A stretch of 64,000 nucleotides of DNA. It comes from a bacterium. Its GTDB lineage: Bacteria > Patescibacteriota > Patescibacteriia > UBA9934 > GWF2-40-263. The translations under genes and the position numbers were made by a program. Under the pieces are notes generated by a model, which saw only the letters and a list, made by a program, of their open reading frames with translations, made no database searches and was not told where the DNA came from. Numbering within the stretch: the stretch's first letter is position 1; the number at the start of each line of letters is the position of its first letter. This document shows positions 8,090-16,571 of this stretch, one piece after another. Location of the stretch: contig JAGVFR010000026.1 of assembly GCA_020057555.1 (NCBI GenBank), forward strand, positions 22,631 through 86,630, written 5' to 3'.

Positions 8090-9181
8090 ATGACACAAAT
8101 TACAGAATTCAATTATCATCTTCCAAGAGAGTTAATCGCACAATGCTCTGTCCAGCCTCGCGACCAATCACGGCTCATGGTTTTGGATAAACAAACAGGG
8201 AAGTTGAACCACAAGAAATTTTTTGAGATTGTTGATGAGTTGAAAACAGGTGATGTACTTGTATTTAATGATACAAAAGTTTTTAGAGCCCGGCTCAAGA
8301 CGCAAAATGGAATTGAGATATTTTTGTTGCGTGCGCGGGAAGACGATATTTGGGAAGTTTTGGCGCGTCCGGGAAAGAAGTTGCAGGTTGGACAAACACT
8401 TTGTATTGAACATGAAACAGAAAAACTTTGTGGAGAAGTGATGTCAAAACAATCAGACGGAACTGTTTTGATAAAATTTGATCGCGTACCAAATGACGTA
8501 ATCGCGTTTGCAAATATATACGGAGAGATTCCTATTCCTCCTTATGTGAAAAATATACCGGAGCGATTGGAAGATTATCAAACGATCTATGCAAAAGAGA
8601 CAGGTTCTGTTGCGGCGCCAACAGCCGGTTTTCACTTCACAGAAGATCTTATGGAAGAATTAAAATCAAAAGGCGTGCAATTCGAATTTGTAACACTTCA
8701 CGTTGGAATTGGAACTTTTCGTCCAATGAAAACAGAAACGATCGAGGAACATGAAATGCACAGCGAGTTTGTTTCTGTCTCAAAAGAGACAGCAGATCGG
8801 ATCAATCAAGCAAAAAAAGATGAGCGACGCGTGATCGCTGTTGGAACGACAACAGTTCGTACACTTGAAGGAGTCGCAAATTATCCCCTGAGCGAAGGTC
8901 AATTAGGCCTTCGACAGGCTCAGGCAATAATTGACCGAAGTCGAATGGGTAATTTTTATCTTCCAGATGGTTTTACAGGCGACGTTAATCTATTTATCAA
9001 ACCAGGCTTTGATTTCAAAATAATTGATGGGCTTATAACGAATTTTCATTTACCAAAATCAACATTACTGGTTTTGGTTTCGGCTTTTGCTGGAAGAGAA
9101 AATGTTTTGCGCGCGTATGAAGAAGCAGTTGCGCAACAGTATCGTTTTTTTTCCTTTGGCGACGCGATGTTTATTGCTTGA
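8090..9181 (+). CDS. queA: S-adenosylmethionine:tRNA ribosyltransferase-isomerase
   Basis: 363 aa with QueA blocks TAGFHFT, TLHVGIGTFRP, AVGTTTVRTLE, ITNFHLPKSTLL and YRFFSFGDAMFI. Carries an in-frame repeat-element insertion at about 8885-8950. Confidence 0.9.
   Translation: MTQITEFNYHLPRELIAQCSVQPRDQSRLMVLDKQTGKLNHKKFFEIVDELKTGDVLVFNDTKVFRARLKTQNGIEIFLLRAREDDIWEVLARPGKKLQVGQTLCIEHETEKLCGEVMSKQSDGTVLIKFDRVPNDVIAFANIYGEIPIPPYVKNIPERLEDYQTIYAKETGSVAAPTAGFHFTEDLMEELKSKGVQFEFVTLHVGIGTFRPMKTETIEEHEMHSEFVSVSKETADRINQAKKDERRVIAVGTTTVRTLEGVANYPLSEGQLGLRQAQAIIDRSRMGNFYLPDGFTGDVNLFIKPGFDFKIIDGLITNFHLPKSTLLVLVSAFAGRENVLRAYEEAVAQQYRFFSFGDAMFIA
8885..8950 (+). repeat. MITE-like palindromic element inserted in-frame in queA (copy A)
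   Basis: Arms CCTGAGCGAAGG / CCTTCGACAGGCTCAGG. The 26-mer GCCTTCGACAGGCTCAGGCAATAATT (8907-8932) is identical to 57312-57337 and 25/26 identical to 34816-34841. Confidence 0.7.
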
Positions 9182-9938
9182 TCGCGTAGCTGATGCTCAC
9201 GTGTATTGTGACTTTCTCCTGTCCTTCTTCAATCGTTGGTGCTGAGTCAGGAACACTTACCGCCTTTTCCATTGCGTAAAAGCTTACGCCACTTTCTTCT
9301 TTCCATTCAGTGTAACTTATCGGTGATCGTAGCTTGACGCCCAATTGTTCAGCAATTGTTTGAGCGCGTGATTTTGCGTCATCAAGCGCTGCGAGTCGAG
9401 CTTCATCAAGTGCAGTTTGGTCGTTTTCAATGGAAAAATTTGGTCCTGAGATATTTGTTGCGCCATTTTGTCCGATAGTTTCTAGAATCGAAGAAATTTT
9501 TTCAAGATCACGAATTGTTAAATCAATACTTTGACTAACAACCCAGCCAATTGTGTTTCCATACGTTCCTGTTTCAGGATCGTATTTTTTTTCTTCGTAA
9601 GCGTTGTAGTTGCTTGTTTGAATGTCTTTTTCATCAATATTGAGTGATTTTACTTTTTCAATCAGAGCGTTCATTTTTTCTGAATTGTTGTTTTGCGTTA
9701 GATCAAGAGTTTTTGCGCGTGACTCAACAGAGAATGTCACTTTTGCCATGTCCGGTTTTATCTCAGCTCTTCCAACACCTTCAACGCTGATTGTAAATTC
9801 ATAAGGCGTTGGTTTGCCAACCTGCATTGCCTCGCGCAATGTTTGCCAAGTTTTGAAACCAAGGAATAAAGCGAGCATGAGCAAAACTATCAGGCTCAAA
9901 ACATGGAGCCATTTATTTTCATGTATGTTTGTGATCAT
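9171..9938 (-). CDS. SIMPL/DUF541 domain-containing protein
   Basis: 255 aa with an N-terminal TM helix and a typical DUF541 layout (...ISVEGVGRAEIKPDMAKVTFSV...ALDDAKSRAQTIAEQLG...). Confidence 0.7.
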   Translation of the reverse strand: MITNIHENKWLHVLSLIVLLMLALFLGFKTWQTLREAMQVGKPTPYEFTISVEGVGRAEIKPDMAKVTFSVESRAKTLDLTQNNNSEKMNALIEKVKSLNIDEKDIQTSNYNAYEEKKYDPETGTYGNTIGWVVSQSIDLTIRDLEKISSILETIGQNGATNISGPNFSIENDQTALDEARLAALDDAKSRAQTIAEQLGVKLRSPISYTEWKEESGVSFYAMEKAVSVPDSAPTIEEGQEKVTIHVSISYAIKQ

Positions 9939-9960
9939 ATGGTGAAATTATATCAAATTC

Positions 9961-9989
9961 TTGACATATTTTGAACAAACCAATACACT
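9961..9989 (+). promoter_or_regulatory. candidate sigma70-like promoter for rpsB-tsf
   Basis: TTGACA (9961-9966), 17 nt, TACACT (9984-9989). About 95-nt leader with a GGTGGA/TCCACC helix. AAGGAG SD lies before ATG 10089. Confidence 0.4.
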
Positions 9990-10088
9990 ATCGCCATTAT
10001 TAACCAAACAGGTGGAATAAATAGGCATGCCTCCTCCCGCAAACAACGGGCACATATCTATCCACCAGTGCTTAATAAGGAGATATTT

Positions 10089-10811
10089 ATGAACAAACCT
10101 TCCATAATCGACATGCTCAAAGCGGGCATGCACTTTGGTCACAGCACTTCACGTTGGCATCCGAAAATGAAACCGTTCATTTTTAGTGAACGCAGTGGTG
10201 TGCATATTATCAATCTTGAGGAAACACAGAAACTGCTCGATCAAGCGCTTAATCAGATTAAGCAAATTGTTTCCCGTGGTGGAATTCTTCTGTTTGTTGG
10301 AACAAAAACCCAAGCCGCTCCGATTGTTCGAAAATACGCCGAAGCTTGCGGTATGCCGTTTGTAACTGAACGATGGCTTGGCGGGACACTCACTAACTTT
10401 CGACAAATCAAGGAATCAATCAAGCGTTTTAAGATGCTCAAAGATCAACGCGACAAAGGTGAACTTAAAAAGTACACAAAGAAAGAACAACTCATGATTC
10501 AGTGGGAGATTCAAGATATGGAAAAGCGTCTTGGTGGAATTGAATCACTCACAAAAGTTCCTGAAGCATTATTTGTGATTGATATCCGTCATGAGCGTAC
10601 TTCGGTTCGAGAGGCAAATGATACAGGAGCAAGAGTGTTTGCTGTTTGCGATACAAATGTAAATCCAAAAGGCGTTGATTATATCATTCCAGCCAATGAT
10701 GATTCAGTGAAAGGAATTGAACTTTTGTGCAAAGCTGTGAGTGAGGCTGTAAAGGAAGGAAAAGCAACAACTACAGTCATAGCTCCAAAAGCACAACCAA
10801 CTGAAGTTTAA
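10089..10811 (+). CDS. rpsB: 30S ribosomal protein S2
   Basis: MNKPSIIDMLKAGMHFGH... S2 signature. Start refined to ATG 10089, preceded by TAAGGAG. Confidence 0.9.
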   Translation: MNKPSIIDMLKAGMHFGHSTSRWHPKMKPFIFSERSGVHIINLEETQKLLDQALNQIKQIVSRGGILLFVGTKTQAAPIVRKYAEACGMPFVTERWLGGTLTNFRQIKESIKRFKMLKDQRDKGELKKYTKKEQLMIQWEIQDMEKRLGGIESLTKVPEALFVIDIRHERTSVREANDTGARVFAVCDTNVNPKGVDYIIPANDDSVKGIELLCKAVSEAVKEGKATTTVIAPKAQPTEV

Positions 10812-10868
10812 TTTTTTATACTTCTGGGCCCTCTCGGCCCTCTTGGTCCTCTTAGACCTTTTCTTTTT

Positions 10869-11456
10869 ATGCAAATTGATGCCAAACTTGTTGCTCAACT
10901 TCGCGCGCAAACTGGTGCGGGTATGATGGATGCCAAGACTTCTCTTGAAGAGTCTGGTGGAGATTTAGAAAAAGCCGCGGAAATATTGCGCAAAAAAGGT
11001 GTTGTGAAAGCTGGGAAAAAATCTGATCGTGAAACTCACGAAGGACGTGTTCACGCTTACATTCATTCAAACGGGAAACTCGGCGCGCTTGTGGAAGTTT
11101 TGTGTGAAACGGATTTTGTTGCGCGTAATGAAGTGTTCGTTGATTTTTGCAATGATATTGCAATGCATGTTAGCGCTTGTGATCCATTGTATGTTTCGCG
11201 CGTTGATGTTCCAGTGGAAATGGTTGAAAAAGAAAAACAAATTTATCTTGAAGAAATGACAGGGCAGTCAAAGCCGGCTGATGTGATGGAAAAAATAATT
11301 GAAGGTAAATTGAACAAATGGTTTTCAGAAATTGTTCTTTTGGAACAGCAGTTTATAAAAGATGAGGACAAAACCATTGAAGAGTATTTGAAAGAAAAGA
11401 TTGTTTCGCTTGGGGAGAATATGCAGATAAAGCGGTTTTGCAGGTTAAGTATTTAA
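10869..11456 (+). CDS. tsf: translation elongation factor Ts (short form)
   Basis: 195 aa with N-terminal UBA-like LRAQTGAGMMDAKTSL and a conserved ETDFVARN block. Confidence 0.9.
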   Translation: MQIDAKLVAQLRAQTGAGMMDAKTSLEESGGDLEKAAEILRKKGVVKAGKKSDRETHEGRVHAYIHSNGKLGALVEVLCETDFVARNEVFVDFCNDIAMHVSACDPLYVSRVDVPVEMVEKEKQIYLEEMTGQSKPADVMEKIIEGKLNKWFSEIVLLEQQFIKDEDKTIEEYLKEKIVSLGENMQIKRFCRLSI

Positions 11457-11465
11457 GATATTGAA

Positions 11466-11498
11466 AGCCGGCTGTTGACAAAACAGTCGGCTTTTGTT
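11466..11498 (+). terminator. intrinsic terminator after tsf
   Basis: 10-bp stem AGCCGGCTGT / ACAGTCGGCT, loop TGACAAA, then TTTGTT. Confidence 0.7.
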
Positions 11499-11736
11499 AT
11501 TTATAATCGTCGTTTGGCTTGGGTAATGTGCTCAAGCGTGCGGCATGTTCTTTGGTTGCTGGGATGGAAAGACGGCTGTTCATTCAGTTGTTAATCCAAA
11601 AATGACCGGCAATACGGAGGGTCGAAAATGACAAAGTACAGTTTTCCTGCATGGTTCAAGGATTTGCAGGAACGTTAACATTGATAAGACTCCAGGTGAC
11701 AAGATATTCCTTGTGAAGCATTTCAATAGGGAGATC

Positions 11737-11994
11737 ATGTCCGAAGACGTAATAGTCGAGATGGACAAGTTCGGCTATCGTCCAGCAACTCACATCGAAG
11801 CATACGAGTTCCAGAAGAAGAATCCTGATCTTCAGCGTCAGTTTCTGCTCATCGCTCTTGGTTCGTTCGTGGTGATCGACTGCGGCCGGTGCTTCACTGT
11901 GTTGGGCGGTAATTCCGGCAGGCGCGTCTTCGACAGCCTCTGGTTCGACCGCAGGTGGCTTGCCGACTGCCGCTTTCTGTTTGTCCGCAAGTAA
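11737..11994 (+). CDS. hypothetical protein (orphan, composition-atypical)
   Basis: ORF 11713..11994. Start refined to ATG 11737 behind AGGGAGA. Visibly more G+C than neighbours, with its own terminator. No family named. Confidence 0.5.
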   Translation: MSEDVIVEMDKFGYRPATHIEAYEFQKKNPDLQRQFLLIALGSFVVIDCGRCFTVLGGNSGRRVFDSLWFDRRWLADCRFLFVRK

Positions 11995-12009
11995 GGCTCT
12001 TTGTTCTCT

Positions 12010-12031
12010 GACCCGATCTCGGGTCTTTTTT
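12010..12031 (+). terminator. intrinsic terminator
   Basis: GACCCGA-TC-TCGGGTC followed by TTTTTT. Confidence 0.7.
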
Positions 12032-12103
12032 AATTCCTTGTGTTAAAATGTTATCAATGAAGAACCACGGCTAAAACCGTGGGCTACAATAATTTATTTT
12101 TTT

Positions 12104-13111
12104 ATGCTCCGCATTGCAATCAATGGCTTTGGCCGAATTGGCCGCACAACACTTAAAGTCGGTTGGAAACGAAAAAATGTTGAGTTTGTCGCGATCAATG
12201 ATTTAACAGAACCGAAAATTCTCGCGCATTTACTCAAATACGATTCAGTGTTTCGAGCGTGGACTGTTCCAGTCAAAGCAGGAAAAGATTTTTTGTTGAT
12301 TGATAAGAAAAAAATTCCAGTGTTTACGCAAACTGATCCTGCTAAAATTCCATGGGGTGCTCACAAAGTTGATGTTGTGATTGAATCAACAGGAAGATTT
12401 ACAAAAACAGAAGACGCGAAAAAACATTTGCAAGCCGGCGCAAAGCGAGTTGTCATAAGTGCGCCATCAGATGACGCGCCGACTTTTCTAATGGGCGTGA
12501 ATCACAAAGATTGTCGAAAAGATCAAACAATCATCAACAATGCTTCATGCACAACAAATTCTGTCGGACCAGTTGCCCAGATTTTGGTTGAAGCGTTTGG
12601 TGTGAAAAAAGCAATGCTTTCAACAATTCATTCTGTTACAGCAGAACAAAACATTGTTGACAGTATTCCTCCAAAACTTCATCTTGATTTGCGTAGAGCT
12701 CGAAGCGCGCTTGTTAATCTTGTTCCGACAAGCACTGGCGCGGCAAAAGCAACAACTCAAGCAATACCATCACTTAAAAATAAATTTGATGGAATAGCTA
12801 TTCGCGTTCCAACGATTGATGTTTCGCTTACGGATTTTACTTTTCTTCTTTCAAAACAAACAACCGTTGAGGAAGTGAATCAAGTATTTCGCGATGCGGC
12901 GCGCGATCAACGTTGGAAAAATATCGTCGGAGTTACAGACGAGCCTCTTGTTTCAACTGATTTCATTGGTTCAACATTTGGAACTGTTGTTGATCTTGGA
13001 ATGACACGTTTAGTTGATGGCGATCTTTTGAAAGTTCTCGCGTGGTATGACAATGAGTGGGGATATTCGGAGAGGTTGATGGATATGGTGCAGTATGTTG
13101 GGAAGTTATAA
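12104..13111 (+). CDS. gap: glyceraldehyde-3-phosphate dehydrogenase
   Basis: 335 aa with INGFGRIGR NAD-binding start and the catalytic ASCTTNS motif. Confidence 0.9.
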   Translation: MLRIAINGFGRIGRTTLKVGWKRKNVEFVAINDLTEPKILAHLLKYDSVFRAWTVPVKAGKDFLLIDKKKIPVFTQTDPAKIPWGAHKVDVVIESTGRFTKTEDAKKHLQAGAKRVVISAPSDDAPTFLMGVNHKDCRKDQTIINNASCTTNSVGPVAQILVEAFGVKKAMLSTIHSVTAEQNIVDSIPPKLHLDLRRARSALVNLVPTSTGAAKATTQAIPSLKNKFDGIAIRVPTIDVSLTDFTFLLSKQTTVEEVNQVFRDAARDQRWKNIVGVTDEPLVSTDFIGSTFGTVVDLGMTRLVDGDLLKVLAWYDNEWGYSERLMDMVQYVGKL

Positions 13112-13114
13112 ATT

Positions 13115-13990
13115 ATGGAGCTTGCTTTTGATTTCATAATTTTTTTCTATCTTATTACTGTTGGGATTTTTTTGTTACATGAGAGGCGTCATCGCGTGAT
13201 TTTTGTTTTGTTTATTTTATCTTGGATCACGATTTTTTACGGAAGTTTCATTGAGCCTCGTCTGTTGATCGTTAAGCAAACTTCAGTTGAACTTGTAGAT
13301 TCGCCAACACAAACTATTCGCGCGGTAGTTTTTTCTGATATTCACGTTGGTCCTTTTAAAAAAGCAGATTGGGTTTCACATGTTGTAAAACGCGTGCAAG
13401 AACTTCAACCCGATATCGTTTTTATTTTAGGTGATTTTGTTGTCAAATCAGCGGCTGATGTTCAATATCTTTCACCACTTTCTAAACTTAAAGCGCCATA
13501 CGGAGTTTATGCTGTAACTGGAAATCACGAATATCACGCGAACGCGTCAGACGAGGTGGTCACTGCGCTTGAATCTTATGGAATCGAAGTTATCGAAAAC
13601 GAGACGCTTAATCTCGAGATTGGAGATAAAACATTGCGTTTCGCAGGAGTATCTGATATTTGGTTTGAAGGAGACATCGGAAAAACAATGCAAAGTGTTG
13701 TTGATGAAGATACGACGATTATGTTAGCGCACAATCCAGATGTTGTTTTATATGACGCGACACGTTTGGCTGATCTTGTGCTTGCCGCTCACACACATGG
13801 AGGCCAGATTCGTCTTCCTTGGATTGGTCCAGTGCCATCACTTCCAACAAAACTCGGTCGTGCGTTTGATAAAGGTTGGTTTGAATATAATGATAAACCG
13901 CTTTTTATCACAAGCGGTGTTGGAGAAACAGGAACTCGCGCGCGATTGTTCAACTTGCCAGAGATTGTTGAAATGGAAATTGGGTTTTAA
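13115..13990 (+). CDS. membrane-anchored metallophosphoesterase
   Basis: Two N-terminal TM helices. Calcineurin-like motifs DIHVG, GDFV, GNHE and AHTHGGQ. Confidence 0.75.
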   Translation: MELAFDFIIFFYLITVGIFLLHERRHRVIFVLFILSWITIFYGSFIEPRLLIVKQTSVELVDSPTQTIRAVVFSDIHVGPFKKADWVSHVVKRVQELQPDIVFILGDFVVKSAADVQYLSPLSKLKAPYGVYAVTGNHEYHANASDEVVTALESYGIEVIENETLNLEIGDKTLRFAGVSDIWFEGDIGKTMQSVVDEDTTIMLAHNPDVVLYDATRLADLVLAAHTHGGQIRLPWIGPVPSLPTKLGRAFDKGWFEYNDKPLFITSGVGETGTRARLFNLPEIVEMEIGF

Positions 13991-14025
13991 TGAGAATCCG
14001 TTTTTGTGCTACCATAAGGCCAACT

Positions 14026-15222
14026 ATGTCCATTCGGTTGCGCAAAATTCCTCAAGATTTACCGCTTAAAGGTAAGCGTGTACTTATTCGTATTGATGGA
14101 AACGTGCCAATTGAGAAAGGGCGCGCTGTTGATGGTCCACATGGAAGAATCGCTCGCGCCGCAGTTGATATTGATTGGCTTTCTCAACACGGAGCTCGTG
14201 TTGTTGTGCTTACACATCTTGGGCGTCCAAACGGAAGACGAAAGGCAGCTTATTCTGTGGCTCCGATTGCAAAACGATTAGGGAGTTTGCTTGGAACAAA
14301 AATTGCAGTCTCACGTGATCTTTTCGGACCGCGAGCTGAACGAGCAGTTGCAAATTTGAAAGATGGCCAAGTTTTACTTTTGGAAAACATGCGTTTTGAT
14401 CCACGAGAAACAGAAAATGATTCAACTTTTGCAAAATCACTCGCACAGCTTGGCGATCTATATGTAAATGATGCTTTTTCTGTTTCGCATCGAGCACATG
14501 CATCTTTAAGCGCTCTTGCTCACGAGTTACCAGCTTTTGCAGGTCCACTTCTTGCGAATGAAATTAATGTTCTATCTCAACTTGAAAAAAATACAAAACG
14601 TCCTTTTGTTTTGTTGATGGGTGGATTGAAGATTGAAACAAAACTTCCTGTCATTGAACATCTTTCAAGTCAAACGGATTTTGTATTGTTGGGTGGAGCG
14701 CTTGCAACGACTTTTTTTGTTGCGCAAGGAAAATCTGTTGGTCGTTCAGTTTTTGATCAAGAAGGCGTTAAACTTGTTAATGCTTTGCCAAAACAACTTT
14801 TGAAAAAAATTATACTTCCTGAAGATGTTGTTGTTGCTTCCAGTTTCCGCAAAGACGCAAAAACAAAAATTGTTTTAGTCGCTGATATTGGTTCAAAAGA
14901 TCGCATTGTTGATATTGGACCAAAAACGCGTGAGCAATTTATAAAAATAATTTCACAAGCTAAAACGATTGTTTGGAACGGGCCGTTTGGATATTGTGAG
15001 ATTGGAAGTTTTTGCAGTGGAACAAGGACTGTTGCACAAGCAATCGCCAATCGTACTGGAGCCGCGATAACAATTGTCGGAGGAGGAGACACAGGCCCTG
15101 TACTTGAAAAAATGAAACTTTCTGATCAGTTTTCATTACAGTCAACTGGTGGTGGTGCGCTTCTTGAATTTTTGGCTGGCAAGACATTACCTGGTTTAGA
15201 ATACATAAGATCTCGTGATTAA
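14026..15222 (+). CDS. pgk: phosphoglycerate kinase
   Basis: LKGKRVLIRIDGNVP N-terminal motif and full-length PGK pattern. The ORF opens at 13990 (ATGA overlap with the upstream gene). ATG 14026 fits family N-termini better. Confidence 0.9.
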   Translation: MSIRLRKIPQDLPLKGKRVLIRIDGNVPIEKGRAVDGPHGRIARAAVDIDWLSQHGARVVVLTHLGRPNGRRKAAYSVAPIAKRLGSLLGTKIAVSRDLFGPRAERAVANLKDGQVLLLENMRFDPRETENDSTFAKSLAQLGDLYVNDAFSVSHRAHASLSALAHELPAFAGPLLANEINVLSQLEKNTKRPFVLLMGGLKIETKLPVIEHLSSQTDFVLLGGALATTFFVAQGKSVGRSVFDQEGVKLVNALPKQLLKKIILPEDVVVASSFRKDAKTKIVLVADIGSKDRIVDIGPKTREQFIKIISQAKTIVWNGPFGYCEIGSFCSGTRTVAQAIANRTGAAITIVGGGDTGPVLEKMKLSDQFSLQSTGGGALLEFLAGKTLPGLEYIRSRD

Positions 15223-15271
15223 AGTTATTTCATTATGCTTCCGATCGGAAGTGTAGCGAAATATGATTTTT

Positions 15272-16534
15272 ATGAAAAATTCTATTGAATCTATTCACGC
15301 TGACGAGATATTAGATTCACGCGGAAATCCAACTGTTCAAGTTTCGGTTTTGTTAAAAGATGGAACTGTTGGTTTAGCATCTGTGCCAAGCGGTGCTTCA
15401 ACAGGGTCACACGAAGCGCTCGAACTGCGAGACAATGATAAAAAAAGATACAAAGGAAAAGGTGTGTTGAAAGCAGTTCACAATGTCAATACGACGATTG
15501 CAAAAGCTCTGTACGGAATTGATGTTTCAAAACAACGACAGATCGATCAGATCATGATTGATCTTGATGGTACAAAAAACAAAAGTCGTCTTGGTGCAAA
15601 CGCAATTTTAGGTGTGTCGCTCGCGTGCGCTCATGTTGCGGCAAAAGCAAAAAAGATGCCGCTCTATTCGTATCTGCGTTTTGTGTTTGATATTTCACAT
15701 AAAAAATATCGTTTACCGATTCCAACAATGAACGTGCTAAACGGCGGTGCGCATGCAGGATGGATTTTGGATTTTCAGGAATTTATGATTGTTCCGGTTC
15801 AACATTCGTTTAAAGAGCGAATGCGTTGTGGCGCGGAAGTTTTTTATTCACTTGGAGAACTTTTGAAAAAGAAAGGTTTTACTACATTGAAAGGAGATGA
15901 GGGTGGCTACGCGGTGAAGCTGAAAAAAAATGAAGAAGCTTTGAAATTTATAATGAAAGCGATCAAGCAAGCTGGATATCAAGCTGGAAAAAATGTTTTT
16001 CTTGCGATCGATCCGGCAGTTTCAGAACTTTATAATAAAAAAGACAATCGTTATCATCTAAAAGTTGACAATAAGACTTTGACACAAAAGCAAGTGATTG
16101 CTTTGTGGAAGAGTTGGATTAAAAAATATCCGATTATTTCTTTGGAAGATGGATTGGATCAAGATGATTGGAATGGTTGGGTTGAAATGACAAAACAGAT
16201 CGGAAAGAAAGTCGCGCTTGTTGGCGATGATTTTTTTGTGACAGATGTTGAACGATTGCAAAAAGGAATAAAACTTGGCGCAGGAAATGCAATTTTAATC
16301 AAAGTGAATCAGATTGGAACTTTATCTGAAGCAATGGATGCGATTTTGCTTGCCCAACAGTTCGGGTATAAGGTTTCTGTCTCTCATCGTTCTGGAGAAA
16401 CAGAAGACACGACAATCGCTGATTTGGCTGTTGCTGTGAATGCGGATTTTATCAAAACAGGTTCTTTGTCGCGTTCAGAACGGCTTGCGAAATATAATAG
16501 GTTGTTGGAAATAGAGGAGGAAGTAGCAAAGTAG
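15272..16534 (+). CDS. eno: enolase
   Basis: EILDSRGNPTVQV and SHRSGETED motifs. Alternative start at 15263. Confidence 0.9.
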   Translation: MKNSIESIHADEILDSRGNPTVQVSVLLKDGTVGLASVPSGASTGSHEALELRDNDKKRYKGKGVLKAVHNVNTTIAKALYGIDVSKQRQIDQIMIDLDGTKNKSRLGANAILGVSLACAHVAAKAKKMPLYSYLRFVFDISHKKYRLPIPTMNVLNGGAHAGWILDFQEFMIVPVQHSFKERMRCGAEVFYSLGELLKKKGFTTLKGDEGGYAVKLKKNEEALKFIMKAIKQAGYQAGKNVFLAIDPAVSELYNKKDNRYHLKVDNKTLTQKQVIALWKSWIKKYPIISLEDGLDQDDWNGWVEMTKQIGKKVALVGDDFFVTDVERLQKGIKLGAGNAILIKVNQIGTLSEAMDAILLAQQFGYKVSVSHRSGETEDTTIADLAVAVNADFIKTGSLSRSERLAKYNRLLEIEEEVAK

Positions 16535-16571
16535 AAAGGGGAAAGGGAGAAAAGGGGTGAGTGGTAATGAA

